From IMG/VR virus record IMGVR_UViG_3300028394_000037: a stretch of 64,000 nucleotides of DNA; one strand, 5' to 3'. Of the stretch, positions 1 through 9,221 are shown in pieces. The stretch comes from a virus. Every line of letters begins with the position of its first letter. Positions within the stretch are counted from its first letter, which is position 1. The notes beneath the pieces were generated by a model. That model was not told the DNA's origin. It saw only the letters and a list, made by a program, of their open reading frames with translations, and did not search any database. The position numbers and the translations under genes were made by a program.

Positions 1-75
1 CATTGCATCACGAAGTTCTTCATCATATACTGCCTGATATGCAAGTAAAGACTCTACTAGAATTCTTGAATCCAT
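1..75 (-). CDS. 5' end of a late gene running off the window (MDSRILVESLLAYQAVYDEELRDAM...), possible internal head protein
   Basis: Hand-translated; ATG at 73-75, open to window edge; TATAAATA late promoter at 103-110 upstream. Confidence 0.6.
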   Translation of the reverse strand, partial: MDSRILVESLLAYQAVYDEELRDAM

Positions 76-100
76 TTTACCTAGAATAGTATACTCTAAG

Positions 101-116
101 TTTATTTATAAATAAA
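101..116. promoter_or_regulatory. Palindromic T4-type late promoter (TATAAATA on both strands)
   Basis: TTTATTTATAAATAAA is a perfect 16-bp palindrome containing the gp55 late -10 box. Confidence 0.65.
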
Positions 117-150
117 ATAATTTTTCCATTATCTGGAAAAATATATAAAA

Positions 151-558
151 TCACTTATCGTTAGGATCTCTATTTTCGGAGCGATAAACATCAAAAGCAC
201 CTTCGGGATAACGCTTACTGAGTTTTAAATAGTTACGTTCTAGAACTTCCTCAAAAGAAACATCAAGTGCCATACAGGCTTGTGCGGCATACCACATAAT
301 GTCACCAAGTTCAATTTTCAAATGTTCTATATTATCTTCATTATAAGGTTTTCCTTGAAGAAACATTTTCTTTACAATTTCAGTAAACTCACCTGCCTCT
401 GCACTCATACCAAATGAAGCAGTAAGAAGACGAGGAACATCAGCATCAGCAAGTTCTAATTCAGTCAAACGAGCAAAAAGTGCTGCAAAATCAGTGCTTT
501 CTTTACTTGTAGTTTGACGAACAAATTCAATATATTTTTGTGTATCTATTTTAGACAT
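151..558 (-). CDS. mazG: MazG nucleoside triphosphate pyrophosphohydrolase
   Basis: EAGEFTEIVKK...ELGDIMWY MazG motif; position downstream of gp41 as in T4-like cyanophages. Confidence 0.92.
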   Translation of the reverse strand: MSKIDTQKYIEFVRQTTSKESTDFAALFARLTELELADADVPRLLTASFGMSAEAGEFTEIVKKMFLQGKPYNEDNIEHLKIELGDIMWYAAQACMALDVSFEEVLERNYLKLSKRYPEGAFDVYRSENRDPNDK

Positions 559-1937
559 TAGAATTTAAATCCCTCGAATGATTTTTTAGGTTTTTTTTCT
601 TCTTCATAAGTATACTCTTCTTCCTTTCCATTGTCAATAATATCATCCTGTGCTTTTTGTTCACAATCATAAAGACGCATTTTAGCACGATCAATACCAA
701 CAACAAATCTTTTATTCATTGTTGGATCATTATATCTATTCTTCAGTTGTTTCACCATTATCTGTCCAAGTTGTTCCAACTCTTCAGTGCTAATAAGGGC
801 AAACATAAGATCAGCAGTAGCAGGGAGACCAAAGGATTCAGAAGTATCAGTAAGTTCAACATCAGAGTTACCATAACCACTACGAGTAGTCTGGGTAGCA
901 GAAACAATTGGAACATTAAATTCAACTGCAAGACCTCTAAGTTCTTCAGCAATAGACTTGATATATGAATAAGAATTTGCAGAACCATTTGCTTTGTGCC
1001 TGGAGGAAGCACAAATATTAAGGTAGTCAATGAAAATAATATCAGGTCTAAATGATTTCTTAAGAGCAAGTTCATTCAAAAGTGCCTTAAAATGTCCAGA
1101 GTGTGCCGAAGCAGTTGGATATTCTTTAATAATAAAAGTTCCTTGTGTTTTCTTTGCAATACTATTTACCTTAGATTCAAACATAGACCTTGGCAAATCA
1201 GTAATATCTTTAATATTAACATTTAATAAATTTGCGTCAATTCGCTCAGCAATTTTCTCCTCTGCCATTTCAAGAGTGATGTAGAGAACGTTGCGCCCTT
1301 GCAATAAGACGGAACTAGCAACGTGGCACATAAAGAGACTCTTTCCGACACCTGTACCAGCAAGAGCGATATTGAGAGTCTTAGTAGGTAAACCACCTTT
1401 AGTAATTTTGTTGAAATATTCAAGGTCAAATTCAATCTTTTGCTCCTTTTTATGGTAAGATTCATAACGTTTTTCATAGTCTAACAGATAGTCGTGTCCG
1501 ATTGCAGTATCAAAAGATACTGCTAGGGCATCAGATAAGATTGATGGAATGCTATCACGATTTTTCTTTTCGTCTTTACCATCAGCAATATGAATAGATT
1601 CCATTAGAGCCAAATAAATGGCACGGTCACGACACCACTTTTCGGTAGTATCAACTAACCAATCAAATTCTATAGGAACATCATCAAGACATTCAATTAA
1701 TTGTAAGACTTGTTTAAAACTATCTTCATTAATATCTTTAGATTTCTCAACTTCAATACAAAGAACTTCTTTTGTAGCAAGTTGATTATACTTTTGAACA
1801 AAATTTAAAATTTCCTGAAATACAATTTTTTGATTCGTGTCTTCAAAATATTCTGGTTTAACGAAAGGAATAACCTTTCTTGTATATTGTTCATTATGTA
1901 AAAAATTTCTTAGAATCAAAAATTCAACTTTATCCAT
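558..1937 (-). CDS. gp41: Replicative DNA helicase gp41 (DnaB-like)
   Basis: Walker A AGTGVGKS, IFIDYLN, ATQTTRSG, KQLKNRY; start moved to MDKVEF (1937). Confidence 0.96.
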   Translation of the reverse strand: MDKVEFLILRNFLHNEQYTRKVIPFVKPEYFEDTNQKIVFQEILNFVQKYNQLATKEVLCIEVEKSKDINEDSFKQVLQLIECLDDVPIEFDWLVDTTEKWCRDRAIYLALMESIHIADGKDEKKNRDSIPSILSDALAVSFDTAIGHDYLLDYEKRYESYHKKEQKIEFDLEYFNKITKGGLPTKTLNIALAGTGVGKSLFMCHVASSVLLQGRNVLYITLEMAEEKIAERIDANLLNVNIKDITDLPRSMFESKVNSIAKKTQGTFIIKEYPTASAHSGHFKALLNELALKKSFRPDIIFIDYLNICASSRHKANGSANSYSYIKSIAEELRGLAVEFNVPIVSATQTTRSGYGNSDVELTDTSESFGLPATADLMFALISTEELEQLGQIMVKQLKNRYNDPTMNKRFVVGIDRAKMRLYDCEQKAQDDIIDNGKEEEYTYEEEKKPKKSFEGFKF

Positions 1938-2931
1938 AACTAAATTCTTTTCGTGCTGTCTCATCAAGTGCTTGCATTACTTCAGGTGTGAAGTATTTTT
2001 CAGGATTTTTTAGAATCTCTTTTGCATAGAGTTTCTTTCCATCTATCTCATAACGTCCAGCAACATTCTTCCAAAGTCCACCAAGTTCTCCCAATTCAAG
2101 AAGTCCATAATACCTATCTAAACCACGCTCATCATAGAACAAACGGATTTCAACATCTTTATTTTCTTTACTTAAACGCGACTTAGCAGTCTTTGCCTTG
2201 ATAATGTTTCCAATGACTTCTGTTCCATCTTTTTCTTTTTTCTTGCTGAGATACACGATAGTAGAACTGGCATACTTAAGACCAGAACCACCACCCATTT
2301 CTTTTGTAGGAACATAAGCACCGATGACATCGTAGGTATGATTGGTTACAATCATTGGAATTTTTGCTTGACCAAGTTTGAGCGTAAGCATTCGGAATGC
2401 ACCCTTTACAAGTTGAGATTTGGTCATATCTCTGACTTGCTTTTCATTTAGGGCATCAGTAATCTCTTTATCAGTAGAAAGCATACCCAGAGAATCTAAC
2501 ACAAACATACAAGGTTTGCGATCATCCACTGGTGACTTAAGATATATATCTACTGCTTTCAGTGCCTTATTTCTAAAGTCTTCAATTGTAACGACTCTTA
2601 CAACTACAAGACGTTTCGTATCAACACCACGACTTTCTAGAAGTGATTTGGTGATTGCTGCCTCAGTATCAAAATAGAGACAATATCCATCAGGATTACT
2701 ATCAAGAAAATTCTTAACGACAGCCAGACTGAAGAAAGTCTTTCCTGTAGAACTTTCACCTGCGATTGCAGTAATCTTGTTACCAGATACACCACCAAAG
2801 ATACTCCCACTGACAAGAGCATTAAAGATGTATGAACCCGTATCCACATAAGTTTCAGTCTCATCAATATCTGATGCCAACTCTGTGTAGTCATCGCCAA
2901 TTTCTTTTACAATATCTTTAAGAAAATCCAT
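1930..2931 (-). CDS. uvsX: UvsX RecA-like recombinase
   Basis: GESSTGKT Walker A, YFDTEAA, VLDSLGML, MGGGSGLKY; start MDFLKD at 2931. Confidence 0.95.
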   Translation of the reverse strand: MDFLKDIVKEIGDDYTELASDIDETETYVDTGSYIFNALVSGSIFGGVSGNKITAIAGESSTGKTFFSLAVVKNFLDSNPDGYCLYFDTEAAITKSLLESRGVDTKRLVVVRVVTIEDFRNKALKAVDIYLKSPVDDRKPCMFVLDSLGMLSTDKEITDALNEKQVRDMTKSQLVKGAFRMLTLKLGQAKIPMIVTNHTYDVIGAYVPTKEMGGGSGLKYASSTIVYLSKKKEKDGTEVIGNIIKAKTAKSRLSKENKDVEIRLFYDERGLDRYYGLLELGELGGLWKNVAGRYEIDGKKLYAKEILKNPEKYFTPEVMQALDETARKEFSYG

Positions 2932-2933
2932 AA

Positions 2934-3071
2934 TCAATCATCCTTTTTTTCATTTTTATTCAAATTATTCATCTTATAACTCCATAGTTTTTGATATAGT
3001 GCAGTATCACCCCCCAGTCTTAGAGCACTAAGAATAGTTTCAAGTTCTTTGTCGTTAATTGGCAATTCCAT
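2934..3071 (-). CDS. Small hypothetical protein, 45 aa (MELPINDKELETILSALRLGGDTALYQKLWSYKMNNLNKNEKKDD)
   Basis: Hand-translated; ATG overlaps gp43 stop (TAATG) and ORF exactly fills the gp43-uvsX gap. Confidence 0.75.
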   Translation of the reverse strand: MELPINDKELETILSALRLGGDTALYQKLWSYKMNNLNKNEKKDD

Positions 3072-5566
3072 TAAGAGAAAAATAATTCAAGGTTTACAGT
3101 TTTTTCCACGTTCCATCCAATGGCATCAAGAATTGATTTAAGAGGATCTAGAAATGCTTTCTCAAATTGTAGGTCATAATCCACATATTTATCAAGTCTA
3201 ATTTCTTTAGGAAATTCTGATATAAATGAAATTACATTCTCGTGAATTGGATTTGGTTTCTTTAGATATACAAACTTAATCTTTTCACCACTTTGTATTA
3301 ATGAATATTTATTTGTTAGTTTTGCCTCTTTAATATAATGATTAAAGAGGAGCGCCCCACGAACGTGAATGGGTGTCCCTTTTGTATAAATTGAAGATGA
3401 TGATTTGTATTTGTTTGTATCAGACACAGAACGAGGAAATGAAATTTGCTCAGGAGGAAGTTTTTTAAAGTTATTACGACACTTATCAATATAATCAATA
3501 ACTTCATCTTCAGTGCCACTCATCATTAGTTTAAGAGCATCCTTAATCATCTGACGGCAAGGAGCAGGAGTTGAGGATTTAACAGCTTCAATTCCCATCA
3601 TCTTGAGTTTGGGTTCAGTATATGCCACACCCTCACTATTCCATACATTGAGAATATAACGCTTCTTGGCAGTCCAGATTCCACGATCAGCAATATTCTC
3701 ACGCTTCATCTGCATCTTCTGATCATAAGCATTCACATAGGTTGCCAGTTCTTGGTAAGAACCCTCAATATATTTTTCAAGTTCCATCTCACAGATCTTA
3801 TCAAGGAACGAGACAATGCTTTCAGTAGTTTTCTCTCTTCCCTTGAATACAGTTTCAACCACAGGACCCATATTAAGATAAATGGAATCGGTATCAGAAG
3901 CAATGACATAATCTACATCCTCAGTCTTAAGAAGTTTATTGATATAAGAATTCATCTTGGATTCAATCCAACGAATAGAAACCTGACCAGAAAGAGTGAT
4001 TGCCTCAGCATTTGCTAGTTTATAATACCGGAAATACTGGTTACCAATAGCACCATAAGCAGAGTTAAGAGAAATTTTCTTTGCCATTTGAATATTATTA
4101 CATCTGGCAATTTCTTTTTCCAACTCCTTAGACTTATTTTTTTCATATGATTTTTTGGCATCAATCATCTTCTTTTTAAAGATAACTCGCTCATTGTACA
4201 TTTTCTCCATAAGTTCAGGAAGAATTCCACGAACATCCTTACGGTACATTGCACCATTTGCACATACCGCATAATCATTATACCCATCAAAGTCAATCTC
4301 TTGATTAAGAATTTTATCAACAGTTGCAGTAGGATGACGTTCATCAACCAAAGTTTCAGGAGAAATATTATACTGCATAATCAAGTGAGGATACAGTGAG
4401 TTAAGGTCAAAGTTCACCACCCAATCATACTTACCAGGAATTGGTTCCTTTACATAAGCACCAGCATATTTTTCATTCTTTTGAGATTTATTTTTTGGAG
4501 GAATTACAATATTACGTTTCTTGAGATAATTGTAGATAATATTATCCCACATACGAACCTGATAAAAAACATCATTAAAATTTACTTTGGCATCAAATGC
4601 CATTGTAATTGCAAGTTCAATGAGTTTCATTTTATCTTCTAGACGATCAACAAGTTCCACATCAATGATGTTATACTCAATAAACTTTTGCCAGTTATTT
4701 GTATAAAATTCTTTAAATGTATCAAACTCAGAGTGATCTAGTTTCTTTTGCCCAAGTTCTACCTCAGCAATATAATCCAAACGATAGGATTCTTGTGCTT
4801 TATAAGTAAACTTCTTATAAAGATCCAGATAATCTAAAACAGTTACACCACCAATATCAAATACTGTATGTTTACGTCCATTAATATAAATTTCATCCTC
4901 AGTTACAAGTCCCCAAGGAGAAAGTCTCTTCATTGTTTTTTCATTGAGAATTCTATTGAGACGCTTGGCAATATATGGAATATCATATAATTGAACATTC
5001 CATCCAGTAATAACTTCTGGAGTTTGTTGTGACCAATAATGAATAAAAGAATTTAGAAGATCATATTCAGAGTTACATTGAACATATTTTACATTTTCTT
5101 GCTTATTTTCAAAAGGTTTAATTCCCCAAGTTATAATCCTTTTGGTATTATAATTTTGAATAGAGATTGCAAGAATTTCCTCAGAACAAGATTCAACATC
5201 GGGGAATCCTTCTTCTGATGCAACTTCAATATCAAGAGTTATAAGTTTGATTTTACTAATATCAAACTTAATTTCATCTTCTGGATATTTTTCTGAAATA
5301 TATTGATAAACATATCTATCTTGCCCATATACATCAAATCCTTCAACATCTTCATACCTTTTAAAAAATTCCCTACAATCTTTAACTGTTCCCGGTTGAA
5401 TAACCTCAACCGGTTCTCCGCTTAATGTTTTATACTTAGTTTCTTTTTTAGTTTTTACAAAAAGAGTTGGAGTAAATTCTTCTCTTGTTTCAAAATTTTC
5501 TCCATTTTCATATCCACGAATCAAAACTTTATTTCCAATTAACTGGACATTAGTATAAAATTTCAT
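3071..5566 (-). CDS. gp43: DNA polymerase gp43 (family B)
   Basis: Exo DIEV, FDLNSLYPH, KISLNSAYG, ASDTDSIY, KKRYIL motifs. Confidence 0.98.
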   Translation of the reverse strand: MKFYTNVQLIGNKVLIRGYENGENFETREEFTPTLFVKTKKETKYKTLSGEPVEVIQPGTVKDCREFFKRYEDVEGFDVYGQDRYVYQYISEKYPEDEIKFDISKIKLITLDIEVASEEGFPDVESCSEEILAISIQNYNTKRIITWGIKPFENKQENVKYVQCNSEYDLLNSFIHYWSQQTPEVITGWNVQLYDIPYIAKRLNRILNEKTMKRLSPWGLVTEDEIYINGRKHTVFDIGGVTVLDYLDLYKKFTYKAQESYRLDYIAEVELGQKKLDHSEFDTFKEFYTNNWQKFIEYNIIDVELVDRLEDKMKLIELAITMAFDAKVNFNDVFYQVRMWDNIIYNYLKKRNIVIPPKNKSQKNEKYAGAYVKEPIPGKYDWVVNFDLNSLYPHLIMQYNISPETLVDERHPTATVDKILNQEIDFDGYNDYAVCANGAMYRKDVRGILPELMEKMYNERVIFKKKMIDAKKSYEKNKSKELEKEIARCNNIQMAKKISLNSAYGAIGNQYFRYYKLANAEAITLSGQVSIRWIESKMNSYINKLLKTEDVDYVIASDTDSIYLNMGPVVETVFKGREKTTESIVSFLDKICEMELEKYIEGSYQELATYVNAYDQKMQMKRENIADRGIWTAKKRYILNVWNSEGVAYTEPKLKMMGIEAVKSSTPAPCRQMIKDALKLMMSGTEDEVIDYIDKCRNNFKKLPPEQISFPRSVSDTNKYKSSSSIYTKGTPIHVRGALLFNHYIKEAKLTNKYSLIQSGEKIKFVYLKKPNPIHENVISFISEFPKEIRLDKYVDYDLQFEKAFLDPLKSILDAIGWNVEKTVNLELFFS

Positions 5567-5823
5567 TTAATAAGATCCTCATATTTTTTCAATAATAAAT
5601 TATTTGGATCAACAATTGTTAGGATTTTGTCAGAATGTATCATAAAAGTATTCTGTGACGAATATTCCATCATCCAAGGAACTAATATTTTATCATCAGT
5701 AATTAAAAAAGGCTCAATCAATTTACAATCAGGTTCACCTAACTCAGATCCAACTTCTTCAATCTGAGTTATCAGAATTTCCTTGTTCAGAAGAACTAAA
5801 ATTTTTATCATTTTCATTTCCAT
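5563..5823 (-). CDS. Conserved hypothetical protein upstream of gp43
   Basis: Coupled to gp43 start; LGEPDCKLIEPF...HSDKILTI resembles the small core ORF at this position in cyanomyoviruses. Confidence 0.75.
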   Translation of the reverse strand: MEMKMIKILVLLNKEILITQIEEVGSELGEPDCKLIEPFLITDDKILVPWMMEYSSQNTFMIHSDKILTIVDPNNLLLKKYEDLIK

Positions 5824-6127
5824 AATTCAATACATCCTCTAAATACATTTCTTTAAGTTTTTCTACAGGTTCAACCATTGTAACAACCCACTCAGTAGTT
5901 AATGGAATTGTTTTATCTTTGCTTAGTGGCATCCAAGGATACAAAGAAACTTGAAATGCTGCTTTTTGATTTTGATCAACTTCTTCAGTCAATACATTTG
6001 GATTTCGCATTTTAACAATGCAAGGTTTAGTTAAAAAATATCCAATAACTAAATCATCTTTAACCATCTCTTGAATATCTGCGATTAGATCTTCTCCAGA
6101 TTTCAATAAAACAAGTTTTACAGTCAT
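5759..6127 (-). CDS. Conserved hypothetical protein (LLKSGEDLIA, possible Sm-like beta fold)
   Basis: Start at MTVKLVLLKSGED; LxPWMP motif shared with the neighbouring ORF and with 15630..16022. Confidence 0.75.
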   Translation of the reverse strand: MTVKLVLLKSGEDLIADIQEMVKDDLVIGYFLTKPCIVKMRNPNVLTEEVDQNQKAAFQVSLYPWMPLSKDKTIPLTTEWVVTMVEPVEKLKEMYLEDVLNYGNENDKNFSSSEQGNSDNSD

Positions 6128-6158
6128 AGTTTTCCCATACCTCTTAGTATTGTAGCAC

Positions 6159-6201
6159 AAAAAAAGGGGAGGCACAACTGGTTTTTGCCAGTTACCTCCC
6201 T
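6159..6201 (-). terminator. Intrinsic terminator hairpin after hsp20
   Basis: Minus strand AGGGAGGTAACTGGCAAAAACCAGTTGTGCCTCCCC followed by T7. Confidence 0.7.
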
Positions 6202-6229
6202 GCGACAACGATAGTTAGCTCAATATTAT

Positions 6230-6673
6230 TTATTTAAGTTCATATACCTTTCTCTTTTGGTGTTCTGGAATAACTCTATTTAATTTGACAGTCAGTAGTC
6301 CATCTTCAAAAGAAACATCACCAACGACCACATCATCAGAAAGAGTCCAGGTGCGTGTGAATGCTCTCTTTGCCAATCCCTGATGTAGATATTCATCCTC
6401 AGATTTACGAACTTTTCCCGATTCCACAAAGAGTTTATTCCATTCTGTAGATACTCTAATATCATCTCTTTTGTATCCGGCAAGTGCAATTTCTAATCTA
6501 AAATCAACATTACTTTCTTTAACTAGATTATATGGTGGATAGTTGGTATGCGATTCATACACAGTATCAAACCTTTTGAACCACTCATCTAATCCAATAC
6601 TATTTCTCTGAACTTCCATCAGATACTTTGCAGTTTCTGGTACTGAGAGTGTAAGCGAACTTGTTCCAAACAT
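6230..6673 (-). CDS. hsp20: Small heat shock protein Hsp20
   Basis: NYPPYNLV, LEIALAG, YLHQGLAKRAF, FEDGLLTV alpha-crystallin motifs. Confidence 0.95.
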   Translation of the reverse strand: MFGTSSLTLSVPETAKYLMEVQRNSIGLDEWFKRFDTVYESHTNYPPYNLVKESNVDFRLEIALAGYKRDDIRVSTEWNKLFVESGKVRKSEDEYLHQGLAKRAFTRTWTLSDDVVVGDVSFEDGLLTVKLNRVIPEHQKRKVYELK

Positions 6674-6747
6674 GATAGACCTCCTTAAAGCGTCTGTAAA
6701 TTAATAATGTCCCCGAAGGCAACATCATTAGTATATATTCCGAACAT

Positions 6748-6773
6748 AAAAAAAGCGGGATGTTGTTTCCCGC
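6748..6773 (-). terminator. Intrinsic terminator after regA
   Basis: GCGGGA-AACAACA-TCCCGC-T7 on minus strand. Confidence 0.75.
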
Positions 6774-6779
6774 CCATTT

Positions 6780-7226
6780 TTATTCGGTTTCCTGTTCCTT
6801 ACTACGTTTACCAATATTATATTTTTGTTCCAAAATCCAATCTCCCTTATCCTTATAAGCAAGAACTTTGATTTGATTTAGAGGAGCAATATCTGTCACA
6901 GAATCTGGATTTACGATAGTTATAAGTCCCCAATCAGCAAGTAGACGAACGATACGATTACGTCTTTGAACATCATTCACAGTCAGATTAGCATATTTAC
7001 CATCCAAAGCAAATAATTCTTTGAAATGTACAATATAATATCTACCTTGCTTGTGAAGAATATGGCAAGATTGGTATATTTTTTTCTCTTTACGAGATGC
7101 AACTCCGATTCGTGTTAAAGTCTCACGAACTTTTAAAAAGTCATCAGGTTCATTTAAAATCACCTCAACCATCTGGTCTTGTGACCAATGAACTTCAGGT
7201 TCTACTGTTGTGTGTGCAGTAGTCAT
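6780..7226 (-). CDS. regA: RegA translational repressor
   Basis: DDFLKVRETLTRIGVASRK...QSCHILHKQGRYYIVHFKELF. Confidence 0.96.
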   Translation of the reverse strand: MTTAHTTVEPEVHWSQDQMVEVILNEPDDFLKVRETLTRIGVASRKEKKIYQSCHILHKQGRYYIVHFKELFALDGKYANLTVNDVQRRNRIVRLLADWGLITIVNPDSVTDIAPLNQIKVLAYKDKGDWILEQKYNIGKRSKEQETE

Positions 7227-7609
7227 TTTGTTCCTCCAGTATCAAGTCGTTGTTTAATAAAGTTAATTTGGTCTTTTGATAAAATTTTTAGAGATTGGGA
7301 TGCCTTTTCATTACTATAATTATAGTATTTTTTTACGCATTCTAAGTCTGTGACTTTATCCTTTCGGAGCCAAGGAGAATATCTTTTCCTTTTCCTTAGA
7401 CTATTTAGATAAAATGAATATTGCATATCTTTATCTAAAGAATGATGAAGATTCATTTCATTAGCAAATAATATGCAATCAATATGACCAGATAAACAAC
7501 GATTAATTATATAAGGTGCATAATCTTTTTTTGCATTGGGGTCTTCATTCATCAGATTCTGCTTTGACTGATTGATTGAATTCAACCAGTCCTTCAGTTC
7601 GTAAGTCAT
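7223..7609 (-). CDS. gp62: Clamp loader small subunit gp62
   Basis: YAPYIINRCLS...ANEMN...KRYSPW; synteny before regA. Confidence 0.92.
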   Translation of the reverse strand: MTYELKDWLNSINQSKQNLMNEDPNAKKDYAPYIINRCLSGHIDCILFANEMNLHHSLDKDMQYSFYLNSLRKRKRYSPWLRKDKVTDLECVKKYYNYSNEKASQSLKILSKDQINFIKQRLDTGGTK

Positions 7610-8519
7610 AATTTAATAGCAAAAGTTCTTTTCTTTGTTTTTGATCGCGCATATATTCACCAACAGAACGCATTGTATAAGTTAAGTCAAACTCATATGC
7701 TTTCCAGTCTTTTCCAGAAAAACGATCCTTTACAAGTTGGTCTGAATTATAACTCACCATCATATTCATATTTGTGTTATTACAAACTTCGGCAAACTTA
7801 TCGTGATCAAATCCCTTATGAATTTCTCCATTCTTTCCATAAAGATTATCTTTAATATCATAAGGAGGATCTAGATAGATAAAAGTATTTTTATCATCAG
7901 TCAACATTTGCTCATAAGATTTATTGGTAATCTTCCAATTTCCAATAAGTTCTCCATATTCAGGAAGTTTCCCAATTCCCCTAGTAGAAAAATTACTAAT
8001 AGATGCCTGTTGAGAAAAAGATGAAGATGATGTCAACCCAGAAAAAGAACATTTATTGGCAACATAAAAAGCAGCAGCTCTTTCCAGAGCACTAGATTCT
8101 GTTCCGTTTGCAATCTCTACTGACTTGTGAAACAAGTCTTTTGCAGGATAAAAAAGAGTTCCTTTATAATCTTTATCATCTGCTTTTTTTACTTTCTCCT
8201 TCTCAACTTCTTCAGGATCTGGATTGGGATGCTTATCCTTAATATCCATTAGTAGATCATGAAGTTCATTAGGTTGATATCTTAACTGGCACCAAAAATT
8301 ATATAAAGGTTCGTAAAGATCATTCACCCAAATATTCAAGTTTGGATACTTCTTTGTAATGTGAATTGCAACACTTCCACCACCAAGGAATGGTTCACGA
8401 AACTCATCATAGTCTCGTAGATCTGGAAAGTATTGGTCCATCTTGGCGCAGGCACGGGACTTGCCGCCAGGATACCTTAAACAGGTTTTTAGTTGTTTTT
8501 GACTAAATGGAGTTTTCAT
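7545..8519 (-). CDS. dam: DNA adenine methyltransferase (Dam/D12 class, N6-adenine)
   Basis: LRYPGGKS, EPFLGGGSV (motif I), NDLY, YLDPPY (motif IV), KELLLLNY. Confidence 0.93.
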   Translation of the reverse strand: MKTPFSQKQLKTCLRYPGGKSRACAKMDQYFPDLRDYDEFREPFLGGGSVAIHITKKYPNLNIWVNDLYEPLYNFWCQLRYQPNELHDLLMDIKDKHPNPDPEEVEKEKVKKADDKDYKGTLFYPAKDLFHKSVEIANGTESSALERAAAFYVANKCSFSGLTSSSSFSQQASISNFSTRGIGKLPEYGELIGNWKITNKSYEQMLTDDKNTFIYLDPPYDIKDNLYGKNGEIHKGFDHDKFAEVCNNTNMNMMVSYNSDQLVKDRFSGKDWKAYEFDLTYTMRSVGEYMRDQKQRKELLLLNYDLRTEGLVEFNQSVKAESDE

Positions 8520-9034
8520 ACCAATTGCTCAATTAATTCATAAAGTTTAATAGAAAAATCTTGCTTTTCTGCCGGAATAACATTTTTTGCCAGAAAAGTA
8601 ATATCATCACAATCAACTCTAAACCCAACATTTGCATCCTTAAGAATTGCATTTTTTATACAAGCATCCCAAGAACAAATTCCAACACTATAATTTTTAG
8701 TATCCCATAGAAGCATATAATCAAAGGTTTTTTCTGGAAGACCCAAATTTTTGCCCTGAAAATTCTTTAAGGTAATTTCTTTAGTGTAAGGTACGGTTTT
8801 TTGAAATAACCCATCCATCCCTTTAGATTCATAATTTAGTTTATCCAAAATACCAATAAAATCTTTTCCATTTTCAGTATCTCCAACATATTTCAATTGT
8901 CCTCCACTATACTTAGCAATAGCAATTTCTTGAACTTCTGCTCGTAATGGTCTTGTTTGATTTCGTTTAAGTCCTTCAGTAGATTTAATTACACCAAAAA
9001 TAGAAGAAAAATCAAATAATTCAAAGTTGATCAT
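8516..9034 (-). CDS. Hypothetical protein, candidate PD-(D/E)xK endonuclease
   Basis: E36 helix, G-K-D58-F, Y-E69-S-K71, downstream FDYMLLWD strand; overlaps dam start. Confidence 0.5.
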   Translation of the reverse strand: MINFELFDFSSIFGVIKSTEGLKRNQTRPLRAEVQEIAIAKYSGGQLKYVGDTENGKDFIGILDKLNYESKGMDGLFQKTVPYTKEITLKNFQGKNLGLPEKTFDYMLLWDTKNYSVGICSWDACIKNAILKDANVGFRVDCDDITFLAKNVIPAEKQDFSIKLYELIEQLV

Positions 9035-9221
9035 AATTGGGTTGGTTATATTTCAAGTATTCAAAAAAAGTTAATTTCATTTCTTTATTAGTCATTCCAC
9101 AATGTCTTGCTGCTTCTGGAAGATTCCACTTAGCACGAAAAAGATTTTCATTTGATTCCTGAACATTTTGTGGAGTAGTTTTAACTTTACCCTCTTTAAG
9201 GTCTTGATAATTAAATTTCAT
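9021..9221 (-). CDS. Small helix-turn-helix protein
   Basis: WNLPEAARHCGMTNKEM fits an HTH pattern; coupled to gp44 stop. Confidence 0.6.
   Translation of the reverse strand: MKFNYQDLKEGKVKTTPQNVQESNENLFRAKWNLPEAARHCGMTNKEMKLTFFEYLKYNQPNYDQL

Noticed and set aside
6128-6208. Upstream extensions in the ORF track (also 1938-1967, 11379-11411, 18467-18526, 59224-59271, 60769-60915, 62205-62246)
   Set aside because: They start at non-ATG or poorly placed codons and run through terminators, promoters or neighbouring genes; downstream ATGs fit better
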